From an uncultured Anaerolineales bacterium (lineage in GTDB: Bacteria; Chloroflexota; Anaerolineae; B4-G1): a DNA stretch of 64,000 nucleotides. The notes under the pieces are model-generated. The model searched no databases and was not told where the DNA came from. It worked only from the letters and a program-made list of their open reading frames with translations. The stretch covers positions 2,563-66,562 of the forward strand of contig CAYYTU010000004.1 of the NCBI GenBank assembly GCA_964474655.1. The letters run 5' to 3'. A program made the translations under genes and the position numbers. Each line of letters starts with the position of its first letter. The first letter of the stretch is position 1. Shown here one piece after another: positions 8,495 to 19,420 of this stretch.

Positions 8495-11053
8495 TTGCCA
8501 GTGAGCACACCCACAAGCGAATCTGGAAGAAGGGAGCGCCGATTCGCCGAGGTGATCGTCTTCTCGCCGGCCAAGGCATCGGAGAAGAAACCAGCCTTCA
8601 CGTACCATATCCCGGACGATCTGAGGAGCCAGCTGGAGGTCGGTTCGCTCGTCGTAGTGCCCTTTGGGCCGCGACGACTCTACGGACTCGTGGTCGCCCT
8701 GGGCGACGAATCACCCGTGCCAGAGACGCGTCCGGTCGGCTCACTGGTCGATCCTCAGCCTGTCCTCACACAGGAACAAATCGCGCTGGCCCGTTGGATA
8801 GCGCACGAATACCTGGCCCCGCTCCACGAATGCTTGGAATTGATGCTGCCGCCGGGATTGGTGGGCCACGCTGACGTACGGGTCAGTCTCCAGCACGACC
8901 GGCTGGAGGAGGCCGCCAACACCGAGGCCCAGGCCAGATTGCTGGCGGTGCTCCAGCGACGCGGGCCGCTGCGCGGCGCTCAGCTCGATCGCGCTCTGTC
9001 CGATATCGACTGGCGCCCGGCTTCCGAGCAGCTGGCTCGCCGGGGGATCGTCAGCCGCGAATCATTCCTGGCTCCGCCCAACGCCTCCCCCAAGCGCGTG
9101 CGCACCGTCCAGCTCGTTCCCTCGGTCGACGAGCAATCTGCGCTGGAAGGCCTGCGCAGCGATCGCTACCCACTCATTCTTGATATGTTACGGGTCGCCG
9201 ATGGGCCGGTGGCCGTCAAGCGGGTCTACGAGGAGACCGACGCCAGCCGCTACCACCTGAACAAGCTGGAGGAGCGCGGTGTGGTCACCTTCGGCAGCCA
9301 GGAGGTCTGGCGTGATCCGCTTTCCGATGTCTTCTTCGTGCCCACGGACCCGCCGCCGCTCACGCCAGACCAGGAGGTGGTCTGGACGGCCATTCGCTCC
9401 GCTGTAAAAGAGCCGGAAAGGAAGCCTGTGCCCTTTCTGCTCCACGGCGTGACCGGCTCCGGCAAGACTGAGATCTACCTCCGCGCCGTGGCCGAGGTTC
9501 TGGAGCAGGGCCAGAAGGCAATCGTACTTGTGCCGGAGATATCGCTGACGCCGCAGACCGTGGCGCGTTTCGCCGGGCGCTTCCCAGATCGCGTCGCCGT
9601 CCTCCACAGCGCTCTCACCGACGGAGAACGTTATGACACCTGGCGTCGCGCCCGAGCTGGCTTGGTCGATATCGTCGTTGGACCGCGCTCGGCGCTCTTC
9701 GCCCCGCTCTCGCCGCTAGGGCTGATCGTGTTGGACGAAGAGCATGACGACAGCTACAAGCAAGAGGCCCCGCGCCCCCGCTACCACGCCCGCGACACGG
9801 CGGTCGAGATGGCTCGCCTGAGCGACGCGACCGTCATCCTGGGTTCCGCCACGCCCAGCCTGGAATCATACCACCGGGCTCGAGAAGAGAAATTTACCTT
9901 GCTGGAGATGCCACGCCGCATTATGGGTCACACCCGCCGTCTGCAAGAGCTCCAGGCCCGTCACCACCTGGCTCATTCGCGCTACCGAGCGCTGACCGAG
10001 GGGGCTGCCGAGGCGCGTTACCTGCCCCTGCCGCCGGTGAAAATCGTCGATCTGCGTGCCGAGCTCCACGCTGGCAATCGCTCTATCTTCAGCCGCGCCC
10101 TCCAGAAGAAGATGGACCAGGCGCTGGAACGAGGGGAACAGGCGATCCTTTTCCTCAACCGGCGGGGGAGCGCCACCTTCATCCTCTGCCGTGATTGTGG
10201 GCACGTGATGGAATGTCCCCGCTGCGACACGCCGCTGACCTATCACGGTCACCAGGACCGTCTGGTCTGCCATCACTGCAACCACCGTGAGCCTCAACCC
10301 AAGCGTTGCCCATCGTGCGGCAGCCGACGCATTCGCTACTTTGGCCTGGGCACTGAGCAGCTGGAAGACGCCGTGCGGAAGCGTTGGCCCGAGGCGCGTC
10401 TGTTGCGCTGGGATAGAGATACGGCCCACACCCACGAGGCTCATACCAATATCATGAATCGCTTCGCCAGCGGCGCGGCCGACGTGCTCGTGGGGACGCA
10501 GATGATCACCAAGGGGCTGGATCTGCCGTTGGTGACCGTGGTGGGTGTCATCTCGGCCGACACGGCGCTCAATTTGCCGGACTTCCGCGCCAGCGAGCGC
10601 ACGTTCCAGCTGTTGGCCCAGGTAGCGGGCCGCGCCGGGCGCGGCCTGTTGGGCGGGCACGTTATCATCCAGACGTACCACCCCGATCATTACGCCGTCG
10701 AGGCCGCTGCCGAGCACGACTACGAGGCCTTTGCCCAGGAAGAGCTGGCTTTCCGCCGCGCGCAAGGCTATCCTCCCTATCGCCGGCTGGCCAAGCTGGT
10801 CTACGAAGATACCGACTTTCACCGCGCCCAGGCCCGCGCCGAGGCACTGGCCCAGGATTTGAGCAAGTTGCTGACGCAACGCCATCTTCCCGCCACGGAC
10901 CTGATGGGGCCTGTGCCGCCTTTCTTCGCCCGGCTGCGGGGACGCTACCGCTGGCAGATCTTGCTGCGACACCCAGATCCCCCAGCGCTCCTTGAGGCAG
11001 TCGATATTCCGCCGGGCTGGCACGTGGAAGTCGACCCAGTCAGCGTCCTGTAG
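8495..11053 (+). CDS. priA: Primosomal protein N' (replication restart helicase PriA)
   Basis: Walker A LHGVTGSGKTEIY, DEEH box, Cys4 zinc-binding CRDCGHVMECPRCDTPLTYH...CHHCNH...CPSCGS, and helicase C domain. TTG start as in the track. Confidence 0.95.
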   Translation: MPVSTPTSESGRRERRFAEVIVFSPAKASEKKPAFTYHIPDDLRSQLEVGSLVVVPFGPRRLYGLVVALGDESPVPETRPVGSLVDPQPVLTQEQIALARWIAHEYLAPLHECLELMLPPGLVGHADVRVSLQHDRLEEAANTEAQARLLAVLQRRGPLRGAQLDRALSDIDWRPASEQLARRGIVSRESFLAPPNASPKRVRTVQLVPSVDEQSALEGLRSDRYPLILDMLRVADGPVAVKRVYEETDASRYHLNKLEERGVVTFGSQEVWRDPLSDVFFVPTDPPPLTPDQEVVWTAIRSAVKEPERKPVPFLLHGVTGSGKTEIYLRAVAEVLEQGQKAIVLVPEISLTPQTVARFAGRFPDRVAVLHSALTDGERYDTWRRARAGLVDIVVGPRSALFAPLSPLGLIVLDEEHDDSYKQEAPRPRYHARDTAVEMARLSDATVILGSATPSLESYHRAREEKFTLLEMPRRIMGHTRRLQELQARHHLAHSRYRALTEGAAEARYLPLPPVKIVDLRAELHAGNRSIFSRALQKKMDQALERGEQAILFLNRRGSATFILCRDCGHVMECPRCDTPLTYHGHQDRLVCHHCNHREPQPKRCPSCGSRRIRYFGLGTEQLEDAVRKRWPEARLLRWDRDTAHTHEAHTNIMNRFASGAADVLVGTQMITKGLDLPLVTVVGVISADTALNLPDFRASERTFQLLAQVAGRAGRGLLGGHVIIQTYHPDHYAVEAAAEHDYEAFAQEELAFRRAQGYPPYRRLAKLVYEDTDFHRAQARAEALAQDLSKLLTQRHLPATDLMGPVPPFFARLRGRYRWQILLRHPDPPALLEAVDIPPGWHVEVDPVSVL

Positions 11054-11297
11054 CGTGGTAGACACAATATGCGTAAGCCTCAGTCCAACTTTGCGTTGGA
11101 GATCCCCACTCTCATCGGGGGAAGGGAAAGAGGCCGCCAGCTCAGCAGTGGCGCCTGAGATTGACATCACGGAGCGATCAAGGTATGCTTCCCCTCATCT
11201 TAATACGATCAGCCTTTGACGCTTGGATCCCTGGAGGGACGAGGGTGAGAATTAAATTCGACAGACGACGTTGGCCCGGCAACGCTCGCAACTGGAC

Positions 11298-12153
11298 GAT
11301 GTTGAGTGCGCTGCTGGTCACTTTGGTAGCAGGTAGCTGCTTGCTCGCCAAGCCGGTGCTAGGGCGCTGGGAAGTGCCCGCAACTAATGGCATTGGCGAT
11401 CAATCTCACTCCTCGGCCCAGAAGGCCATCAGCCTCACGTCGACGCCCACGCCTGTCGCCCGACCGGAGGCAGCGGAGGTCCCGATTCTGATGTACCATT
11501 ATGTCTCTGATCTGCCGGCAGACGCCAACACGTATCGACGCGATCTTACCGTCTCGCCGGAGGCTTTCCGGGCACAGTTGGAGTACCTCAAGGAAGCCGA
11601 TTACCGCACGATCACCCTCACCGATCTCCACCTTCACCTGACAGAGAGCTATCCCCTGCCAGAGAAACCCGTCATCCTCACCTTTGACGACGGCTACCGC
11701 GACGCTTACGAGGTGGTATTTCCGTTATTGTTGGATTATGGGTTCACCGGCACATTTTTCGTGCTCTCCACGCCAGCTCATCACGAGTCACCGGAGTATT
11801 TGACCTGGGATCAGATGAACGAAATGGCCCGAGCCGGTATGTCGATCCAGTCACACGGACGGGACCACGTCGATCTGCGGAATCGTTCCTACGAGTACCT
11901 GGTTTACCAGACGCTGGGTATCCAGGAGGCGATCGAACAACATACAGATATCAAACCGCGCTTCTTCTGCTATCCTGGGGGAAAACGGGACGCCAACGTG
12001 ATTAAGGTGTTGGAGTCGGCCGGCTATTGGGGAGCGGTGACGACTGAATGGGGTCAGACACACACGCGAGAAGACTTCTACGAAATGCCCCGCCTGCGCG
12101 TCCGAGGAACGGGAACGCTGGAGAGCTTCATCAAGATGCTGGAAGGCGACTGA
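11298..12153 (+). CDS. Polysaccharide deacetylase (NodB-homology, CE4) with N-terminal membrane anchor or signal
   Basis: ILTFDDGY and HGRDH NodB motifs. Start chosen at MLSALLVTLVAG (11298). The track's 11161 start adds an Arg-rich, non-protein-like extension. Confidence 0.8.
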
Positions 12154-12178
12154 ACGCCGCTGCACCACATATGTAAAA

Positions 12179-12212
12179 GGCCCGGAGGAATACTCCGGGC
12201 CTTTCCGTGTTT
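12179..12212. terminator. Bidirectional intrinsic terminator between convergent genes
   Basis: GGCCCGGA-ggaatac-TCCGGGCC 8-bp GC stem followed by TTTCCGTGTTT, with an A-run on the other side. Confidence 0.6.
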
Positions 12213-12213
12213 G

Positions 12214-12651
12214 CTAGCGCTCCGGCTCGCAAATGATGATCCTATCGCCCGAACGATCGGTGTGGATATTATACTCTTCTCCCCCTGCCGCAAGAAGCAA
12301 GCGATAACCGGGGGTAATGACCTGGGCATACATCTCTCCCTCTTGAGGGCAGCCTAAGCTGGCATCCGACCACTCGACCGCTTCCATCTCAAGCACCTCA
12401 ATCTCTTGCGGGGAGGCGTCGATCTCAGCCGCCAAGTAAGATACGGCCGCTTCCTCGATCTCCGTGCTCGATTCCGAGCCTGGCACCAATGGGGACACGG
12501 GACTGACATCTGTCTGTGGCACGGGACTTTCTCCTCTGGTGACAGGGGGCGTGAGATCGATCTCCAGAGAGGTCTCCTCCACTCCTTCACAGGCGACCAG
12601 TGCTAATCCGAGCACCAATAACGTCGTCAACATCAAGTGTCTAGCCTTCAT
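12214..12651 (-). CDS. Hypothetical secreted protein or lipoprotein
   Basis: Start at MKARHLMLTTLLVLGLALVAC (signal peptide with Cys), preceded by a strong RBS AAGGAGGTAAAG. No recognisable domain. Confidence 0.55.
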   Translation of the reverse strand: MKARHLMLTTLLVLGLALVACEGVEETSLEIDLTPPVTRGESPVPQTDVSPVSPLVPGSESSTEIEEAAVSYLAAEIDASPQEIEVLEMEAVEWSDASLGCPQEGEMYAQVITPGYRLLLAAGGEEYNIHTDRSGDRIIICEPER

Positions 12652-12827
12652 CTTTACCTCCTTGATTTTATGTACTTTTTTACTGATCCATACACGACTC
12701 ACTAACGGTCCCGGCACGCTCTATGGAGCGCTTAAATCTGCCTGGACAATTTTACTTAACTCCTGCAGTTTAGCGACTTCAGACTTCTGCTCCTCAAAAA
12801 TTTGAAAAGTGCAGGAGTCAAGTTATT

Positions 12828-12947
12828 ACTACAACGGGATTTCAACGGAGTTGATCTCTCGATAGTGATCCTGAACTTATCGAAGGATCACGACTTGGCG
12901 AAGATCGTACCTTTCGACAGGCTCGTCAGAGTCTCGTTGTAGTATTA
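12828..12947. repeat. Repeat family A, copy A3 (120 bp)
   Basis: ACTACAACGGG at 12828 and GTCTCGTTGTAGTATTA at about 12931-12947. Confidence 0.65.
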
Positions 12948-13118
12948 TGGTCAAGATCAGTAAGACACTGATTAGACGCTGATCGACCGGCTTTTGTTCC
13001 GCAAGGCGGTTAAATCCCTCGCTCAAGAGGGACAAGAAAAAGACGAACGCGCAAAGGAGGCGCCAGATGAGCAGCGCGAACCTCAGGAGCGCCAGTCAGG
13101 ACGCTGTGCTGAGTTACA

Positions 13119-14270
13119 TCAAGCAGGTTCGTCTTCGTCTGCTTCGCTCTCCAAAGGTTCCTCAAAGGGCTCAATGGACTCAGCAGGCCCGGCTGCATGG
13201 GTCTCCGTGGGAGGCGGGGGTGGGGTTGGCTCAGGCGGCCTGGCAGGGGAACGATGCAACTGTCCAGGGGTGTAAGGTCTCGTGCCAAACCGGGTGAGCG
13301 CCACAGCACCCAGCCCCAAGAGAATCAAGGCGGTGGTCAACAGCCAGCCCAATGGCGCCAGGCATAAGGCTGCACTCAAGCCCAGGCTGAGCACAGTAAT
13401 AAGCAATGTGCCCAGGCCAGCTGCCCACATCGGCTCCAGGTCGGTGGACGAGGAGCGAAGCGAGCGCAGTAGGCGTCTCCCAACTTCGGCGCCGACGGCG
13501 ACCCAGCCAAACAGGCCGGCCACCCCGACGGCGAGAGCCAACAGTAGGGCCACTGGAGAGAGGCAGATCGTAATCGCCAACGTGACTACCAGGGCCAGCG
13601 CAGCGATCGCAGTCAACAAGCCGATCCCGGCGCTAGGCAGCGGGTCACTGAAGACCGTCTCTCCAACCCGATCTAACTCGCGCGGCCAGATCAGGGCCAC
13701 TAGCCCCCCCATCACGGAGATGACCAGGGCCGTGAACACCCCGCGGATCAGCCTAAGCATCCACTCAAAAGCCCTGCGTACCCCAGAAACGTAGAATGGA
13801 ACCGGCGACGGCGTTGGTTCTGGAGGTCCATTCTCAAAGCGGAAACCACGGAAAGGTAATCCTTCAATGATATCTCCTTCAACGCGCGCTCCCGACTTCC
13901 GCTCAAGATCGCAGTTCAGACCACATACGACGTCGCCGTAGATGTGAGCAGTCTCGTCCAGGCTGATATTGCCGCTCATAACGACCAGATCTGCCTGGAT
14001 CTGGCCATGGACGTTAGCATCGCCGTTCCATATCACGGTGGAACCTTGAACCCAGCTATCGGCTTCCAGGGTGACATCGCCGTTGAAGACGACCAGATCA
14101 CCACCTACCTCTTCGCCTTCCTCCAGCTTATAATCTTCATTCCAAACCACCGTGCCGTCATCGGGCGGAGGTGAGGCATCCGCTTTTACGGAGAGCGCCG
14201 GGAAGAGCAACGCCCCTCCGACCAACAGTAAGACCACAAATGCAGGCAATAATCTTCTCGTGTTATTCAT
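13119..14270 (-). CDS. Membrane protein with extracytoplasmic beta-helical repeat domain (DUF4097 / bactofilin-like 'putative adhesin' type) and polytopic C-terminal TM region
   Basis: Repeats such as DLVVFNGDVTLEADSWVQGSTVIWNGDANVHGQIQADLVVMSGNISL, followed by about six hydrophobic helices. Sits downstream of an ECF sigma/anti-sigma pair, as DUF4097 proteins often do. Confidence 0.6.
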   Translation of the reverse strand: MNNTRRLLPAFVVLLLVGGALLFPALSVKADASPPPDDGTVVWNEDYKLEEGEEVGGDLVVFNGDVTLEADSWVQGSTVIWNGDANVHGQIQADLVVMSGNISLDETAHIYGDVVCGLNCDLERKSGARVEGDIIEGLPFRGFRFENGPPEPTPSPVPFYVSGVRRAFEWMLRLIRGVFTALVISVMGGLVALIWPRELDRVGETVFSDPLPSAGIGLLTAIAALALVVTLAITICLSPVALLLALAVGVAGLFGWVAVGAEVGRRLLRSLRSSSTDLEPMWAAGLGTLLITVLSLGLSAALCLAPLGWLLTTALILLGLGAVALTRFGTRPYTPGQLHRSPARPPEPTPPPPPTETHAAGPAESIEPFEEPLESEADEDEPA

Positions 14271-14338
14271 ACCTCCTCCATAAAATCAGAATAGCGGCTA
14301 ACCTCGTCTCTCAATCGCCAAACACGTCGCTTAAGCGG

Positions 14339-14493
14339 CAAACGAAGCGATTCTAGGGTAGCCCAGACGCATTAGATTGCCTACAGTCACGTTTATCGAG
14401 CGCATCAACCCCAGCTTCGTTTGCCTTGTTCGCGCCTAAGCACGTTCTGTGGCCTTGAGGGCATTTTTGCTGGGCGACCTGCTTCGAAATCCC
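14339..14493 (+). repeat. Repeat family B, copy B2, inserted between the anti-sigma gene and the downstream membrane-protein gene
   Basis: About 95 % identical to B1 (7131-7287). It ends exactly at the stop of the 14494..15018 gene. Confidence 0.75.
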
Positions 14494-15018
14494 TTAAGCA
14501 CACCGCAAGACCCTGATCCAGAGTCCATTGAGCGCCAGGGCCATCAGCGTGCAAGCCAAAAACAACAGCGTCAATGGCAAGGTAAGCGGTCCAATGGAAA
14601 TGACCAGAGCACGCCCCAGCGTATTCAAGAAAGAGATCCCCCGACTGACCATCACCGGGCCAGCGCTCACGAGAGCCGGGATGATGCCCAACGGCTCCAG
14701 CAAGCTCCTGATAGCGCCAGGCAGTACGAGCGACGCCAAAGCAATTGTGCCCAGTGCTAATCCCAGGCTGCCGATGATGGCTCGACTGGTCCGATGGCGA
14801 TGGCGCTCGAGGCGGGTCATCACGCGGACGTGTAGATCAGCCGGCGCCATCGCCATCGGAGCAGTATGGAACAGGCGGTCCACGACTTCCAACTTTTGCC
14901 ACCGGGCGCGACAATCAGCGCACATTCGCAGATGGTCATCCAATTCCAACTGAGCCATCTCACAGAGGCAACCATCAAGTCGCCTCGACATCATCTTATC
15001 GGCTTCTTCACAACGCAT
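14494..15018 (-). CDS. zf-HC2 type transmembrane anti-sigma factor
   Basis: H-x3-C-x2-C-like zinc motif (CLCEM...HLRMCADCR). Two or three TM helices. Overlaps the upstream ECF sigma gene by 11 nt. Confidence 0.8.
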   Translation of the reverse strand: MRCEEADKMMSRRLDGCLCEMAQLELDDHLRMCADCRARWQKLEVVDRLFHTAPMAMAPADLHVRVMTRLERHRHRTSRAIIGSLGLALGTIALASLVLPGAIRSLLEPLGIIPALVSAGPVMVSRGISFLNTLGRALVISIGPLTLPLTLLFLACTLMALALNGLWIRVLRCA

Positions 15019-15571
15019 CGGCTAGATCTCCTTCCAGCAGCTGCGCCAACGAGCGGCGGGCACGATAGAGCCTCGATTTGACTGCGCTGACCGTCAAATC
15101 CAACACCTGCGCGATCTCCTTATAAGAATGATCGTACCAGTAATGGAGCAAGACAGCTGCCCGATCGGTGGGTGAAAGGGTACTCAGCATTCGTTCTATT
15201 CTGGCCTCCCGCTCACGTCGCGTCACCACAGACTCTGGGTTGGGGCTAGCGTTCGTCAGGCGTCCAGGCCGGGCGATCTCTTCTTTGAGCGGGAGCAACG
15301 TCATATGGCGACGTCTCAGCTGGTCAATGCAGTAATGAGACGTGATGGATAGCAACCAGGTGCTGAAAGAGCGTTGCGGATCGTAGCTCTTGAGATGCAT
15401 ATAGGCTCGTATGAAAGCCTCCTGCGCTGCCTCCTCGGCTTCATCCCCATTGCCCAGCATGCGATAAGCCAAGTTGTAGACGGGGTTCTGGTAGGTCTCC
15501 ACCAGGCGACCAAACGCATCCTGGTCACCAGCGCAAGCTGCTTCAACCCACTTCTCCTCGTCAGTTACCAT
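15008..15571 (-). CDS. ECF-type RNA polymerase sigma-70 factor, paralog of 2566..3192
   Basis: VYNLAYRMLGNGDEAEEAAQEAFIRAY (region 2) and YKEIAQVLDLTVSAVKSRLYRARR (region 4). Confidence 0.9.
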   Translation of the reverse strand: MVTDEEKWVEAACAGDQDAFGRLVETYQNPVYNLAYRMLGNGDEAEEAAQEAFIRAYMHLKSYDPQRSFSTWLLSITSHYCIDQLRRRHMTLLPLKEEIARPGRLTNASPNPESVVTRREREARIERMLSTLSPTDRAAVLLHYWYDHSYKEIAQVLDLTVSAVKSRLYRARRSLAQLLEGDLADAL

Positions 15572-15899
15572 ATCTTCCAGGCTCTTTGGGATTTCGCGTG
15601 GTCGATAGCTTGAGATTCCTCAGCGGGGTGTGCCCCCGCATCTGTGTTCGAAGTAATCCTAAACCAGATATGAGACGCGGGTTACAACCCCGATTTGAAC
15701 ACCAAGTAAAGTCCCAGAGAACCATCTTCCATAAAGCGGCGCCACAATGTTTCCTCAGCCTGACATGTTGTTATACGCATTATAATGGATAAAGTTGCAA
15801 TGGAAAGCGATCATTTCTCCATCGGGTGCGATCTGGAAACCTGCCCAGGCTCTGGTATAATTAAAGTGAAAAGCAATCGAAAGAACGGGAAGTGGAATA

Positions 15900-16676
15900 A
15901 TGACAATCCTTATCGGTACCAGTGGCTTCAGCTTCAACGACTGGGTGGGCCCGGTCTACCCTGAGGGCTTGCCGAAGCGTGAGTGGCTTTCCTTTTACGC
16001 TCAGGAATTCTCGACTTGCGAGTTGAATTTCAGCTACTACCGCATCCCCGACGCCAAAACGCTGAGTCAGATAGCGACCAAGGTGCCGCCGGATTTCCTT
16101 TTCTCAATCAAAGCCTTTCGTGGCATCACCCACGAGCGAGAGAATCCAGAACCACTCATAAAAGCGTTTCGAGAAGCCCTTACACCTCTGATCGAGCAAG
16201 ATAAATTGGCCTGCGTGCTAGCCCAGTTCCCCTACTCCTTCCACGCCACCGACGAGAACCGCATCTATCTCAAGCGAGTGCGGGAGGGCTTCGGCGACCT
16301 GCCGGTCGTGGTCGAGTTCCGCTCCCGCGAGTGGATCACCGAGCGCACCTTCGAGGGGCTGCGCAAGCTCGGCTTAGGCTATTGCTGCGTGGACCAACCG
16401 CGGTTCAAGAACCTGGTGCCGCCGATAGCCGTCGCCACCGGGCCAGTGGCCTACGTTCGCTTCCACGGTCGGAACCGCGAAAAGTGGTGGCAACATGACG
16501 AAGCCTGGGAACGGTATAATTACAGCTACTCCGACGAGGAACTACTGGAGTGGACGCCCAAGATTAAGGAATTGGCCGACGAGACGTCGCTCACGCTGGT
16601 CTATATGAACAATCATTGGCAAGGACAAGCGGTGGGTTCCGCCCGCCAGCTGAAATCGTTGATGGCGAATCAATAG
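15900..16676 (+). CDS. DUF72 family protein (YecE-like)
   Basis: N-terminal ILIGTSGFSFNDWVGPVYPEG and RFHGRN motifs typical of DUF72. Confidence 0.85.
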   Translation: MTILIGTSGFSFNDWVGPVYPEGLPKREWLSFYAQEFSTCELNFSYYRIPDAKTLSQIATKVPPDFLFSIKAFRGITHERENPEPLIKAFREALTPLIEQDKLACVLAQFPYSFHATDENRIYLKRVREGFGDLPVVVEFRSREWITERTFEGLRKLGLGYCCVDQPRFKNLVPPIAVATGPVAYVRFHGRNREKWWQHDEAWERYNYSYSDEELLEWTPKIKELADETSLTLVYMNNHWQGQAVGSARQLKSLMANQ

Positions 16677-16796
16677 CCAGTACTCCTCCACCACTGGTTT
16701 ACTTGCGATGTACGGTAAACAATCTATAATTGAACTACCCTTATGCTAAATCGTGGTGAGCAAAAATGACCGCTGCTACGAGAAAACTAGAACGGG

Positions 16797-19310
16797 GTGA
16801 TAACTATGGATAAGTTAATGAAATACTTTACGAACGCAGCAAGACGTGTTTTGAAGTTAGCCCAACAAGAGGCTAAGCGGATGCATCACGTCGAAATTGG
16901 AACCGAACACCTCCTATTGGGCCTTTTACACGAGGACACAGGGGCGGCAAGTCAGGTTTTGCAGCAGCTTGGCTTACAATCAGGCGATATACAGCATTGG
17001 GTTGAAAGACTTAGCACCATCCGACAACGCTCATCATTGATCAATACCGATCCTCAGCTGACTTCCCGCACGCAAAAAGTGCTTGAGATGGCCAAAGAGG
17101 AAGCGCATCAGCGAGGAGATAGACGGATCGACACGCACCACATCCTGCTGGGCCTCATTCGGCAGGACGAAGGGACGGCGATTGAGATTCTCAGCCATCT
17201 GGGCGTCACCGATAACCAGGTACGCCGCTACACGGACCAGGCCCTGCAGCGGCAACCAGTGCTTGCCGGGAGTAAACAACGCCAAACATCGGAAACGCCG
17301 ACTACCAATAAACTGACCATTGATCTGACCGCCTGGGCGCAAGAAGACAAACTGGACCCCGTGATCGGACGCCAGCAAGAGATAGAGCGCGTCATTCAGA
17401 TCCTGGCCCGCCGGACGAAGAACAACCCCGCTCTGATCGGGGAACCAGGGGTGGGCAAGACAGCCATCGTCGAGGGGTTAGCACAGCGAATCATCACCGG
17501 CGAGGTCCCCGAGCCCCTGCTGGACAAACGTCTGCTCCAGTTCGATATCGGCTCGCTGGTGGCCGGGACGATGTATCGGGGGCAGTTTGAGGAGCGGCTC
17601 AAAAAGGTGATTGAGGAGCTCAAAGAGAGCAATAGCATCCTTTTCATCGACGAGGTTCATATGCTTGTCGGCGCCGGATCGGCTGGCTCATCAATGGACG
17701 CCGCCAATATCCTCAAGCCGGCCCTCGCACGAGGTCAGCTCCAGTGCATCGGCGCGACCACAATGGCCGAGTACCGCAAACACATCGAATCCGACGCCGC
17801 TCTGGAGCGGCGGTTCCAACCGATCACAGTTGACGAACCCACGGTCGAGGAGACAATCAAGATCCTGCGCGGCATCCGGGTACCATACGAGCGGCACCAC
17901 CAACTACACATCAGCGATGAAGCGCTAGAGGCCGCCGCCAGGCTATCGGATCGTTATATCACGGGCCGCTACCTGCCGGATAAAGCGATCGACCTGATGG
18001 ACGAAGCCGCGTCCCGCGTGCGAATGTACAAGACCCCTCAGGCCAAAAGCCTGCGCAGCATATTTGCCGATCTCAAAGAGGTACAGAAGGCCAAAGAGAA
18101 AGCCATCAAAGAAAAACAGTACGAAGAAGCTTCTGTACTGCGCGACCAGGAGCTCGATCTCCAGGATGAGCTGCGCACCCTCCGCACCGATAAAGAGGGC
18201 CGATTCTTCGAGAATGGCGGCACTGTCGAATCGGAGGATATCGCAGAAGTGGTCTCTATGTGGACGGGTATCCCTGTGACACAGATGCACGCCGACGAGC
18301 AATCGCGGCTCCTGGAGATGGAAGACGCCATCCACGAGCGGATCGTCGGGCAGGACGAGGCCATCTCGGCCATCGCCAAGGCTGTGCGCCGCGCTCGGGC
18401 CGGTCTGAAGGATCCCCGGCGCCCGATCGGCTCCTTCATCTTCCTTGGGCCCACTGGAGTCGGCAAGACGGAGCTCTCCAAGGCCCTGGCCGAGTTTATG
18501 TTCGGCAGCGAGGACGCATTGCTCCAGCTGGATATGTCCGAGTTTATGGAGCGCCACACGGTATCCCGCCTGGTCGGTGCTCCGCCCGGTTACGTGGGCT
18601 ACGATGACGCTGGACAGCTGACTGAGACTATTCGACGTCGCCCCTACACTATTGTCGTCTTCGACGAAATCGAAAAAGCTCACCAAGAGGCCTTCAATAT
18701 GTTGTTGCAGATTATGGAAGAAGGTCACCTCTCCGACGCTCGTGGGCGAAAAGTGGACTTTTCCAACGCGATCATCATTATGACCTCAAACGTCGGCGCG
18801 GAGATGATTAAACGGAGCACCAGCCTGGGCTTCGCCGCTCCGTCTGGCGATGAGACCGCCCAACGTGATTACGAGGCGATGCGAGAAAACCTGCTTGAGC
18901 AGCTCAAGCGCACCTTCCGCCCCGAGTTCCTGAACCGCGTGGATAACATCGTCGTCTTCCATTCCCTCAGCAAAGAGGACATCGCCAACATCGTCGATCT
19001 AGAGATGGACAAAGTGCGCGAACGGTTGCACGAATCCGATCTACGGATGGAAATGACCGAGGCCACCAAGGACCTGCTGGCTCAAGAAGGCTACAGCGAA
19101 GAATACGGCGCCCGTCCACTGCGCCGTGTGATCCAGGATCGAATTGAGGATGCACTGTCCGATGCTATCTTAACCGGCGAGTTTACCGAGGGCGATACGG
19201 TGCTGGTCGACGTGGAGGAGGACGAGTTCGTGCTCCGTCCGGTGGAAAAGAAAGAAGCGGAAGAAGAGGGGAAAACCGAAGAAAGCGAAGGAGCGTTGGC
19301 GCTCGCCTGA
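16797..19310 (+). CDS. clpC: ATP-dependent Clp protease ATP-binding subunit ClpC (class III Hsp100)
   Basis: Two Clp_N repeats, Walker [19 protein letters not shown] and [19 protein letters not shown], and a short UVR-like middle domain ([25 protein letters not shown]). 837 aa. The ATG at 16806 (MDKLMKYF) is an alternative start. Confidence 0.9.
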   Translation: MITMDKLMKYFTNAARRVLKLAQQEAKRMHHVEIGTEHLLLGLLHEDTGAASQVLQQLGLQSGDIQHWVERLSTIRQRSSLINTDPQLTSRTQKVLEMAKEEAHQRGDRRIDTHHILLGLIRQDEGTAIEILSHLGVTDNQVRRYTDQALQRQPVLAGSKQRQTSETPTTNKLTIDLTAWAQEDKLDPVIGRQQEIERVIQILARRTKNNPALIGEPGVGKTAIVEGLAQRIITGEVPEPLLDKRLLQFDIGSLVAGTMYRGQFEERLKKVIEELKESNSILFIDEVHMLVGAGSAGSSMDAANILKPALARGQLQCIGATTMAEYRKHIESDAALERRFQPITVDEPTVEETIKILRGIRVPYERHHQLHISDEALEAAARLSDRYITGRYLPDKAIDLMDEAASRVRMYKTPQAKSLRSIFADLKEVQKAKEKAIKEKQYEEASVLRDQELDLQDELRTLRTDKEGRFFENGGTVESEDIAEVVSMWTGIPVTQMHADEQSRLLEMEDAIHERIVGQDEAISAIAKAVRRARAGLKDPRRPIGSFIFLGPTGVGKTELSKALAEFMFGSEDALLQLDMSEFMERHTVSRLVGAPPGYVGYDDAGQLTETIRRRPYTIVVFDEIEKAHQEAFNMLLQIMEEGHLSDARGRKVDFSNAIIIMTSNVGAEMIKRSTSLGFAAPSGDETAQRDYEAMRENLLEQLKRTFRPEFLNRVDNIVVFHSLSKEDIANIVDLEMDKVRERLHESDLRMEMTEATKDLLAQEGYSEEYGARPLRRVIQDRIEDALSDAILTGEFTEGDTVLVDVEEDEFVLRPVEKKEAEEEGKTEESEGALALA

Positions 19311-19364
19311 ACGCTATCTTTGAAGGATCAATCCCGACAAGTTAGCATAACAGCAGAAGAGAGA

Positions 19365-19397
19365 GAAGCCGCCGGTGCATTCGGCGGCTTCTTTTCG
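19365..19397. terminator. Bidirectional intrinsic terminator between clpC (+) and the GT4 gene (-)
   Basis: GAAGCCGCCG-gtgcattc-GGCGGCTTC followed by TTTTCG. Confidence 0.7.
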
Positions 19398-19420
19398 TCT
19401 CTTTACCATACCGACGTCCC

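Noticed and set aside
9866-11170. 434-aa minus-strand ORF inside priA
   Set aside because: Entirely antisense to the strongly supported priA CDS. Arg/Gly/Ala-rich with no motifs. High-GC shadow ORF.
14449-14760. ORF 14449..14760(+), 103 aa
   Set aside because: It starts inside repeat B2 and runs antisense into the anti-sigma gene. The product is Gln/Arg-rich.
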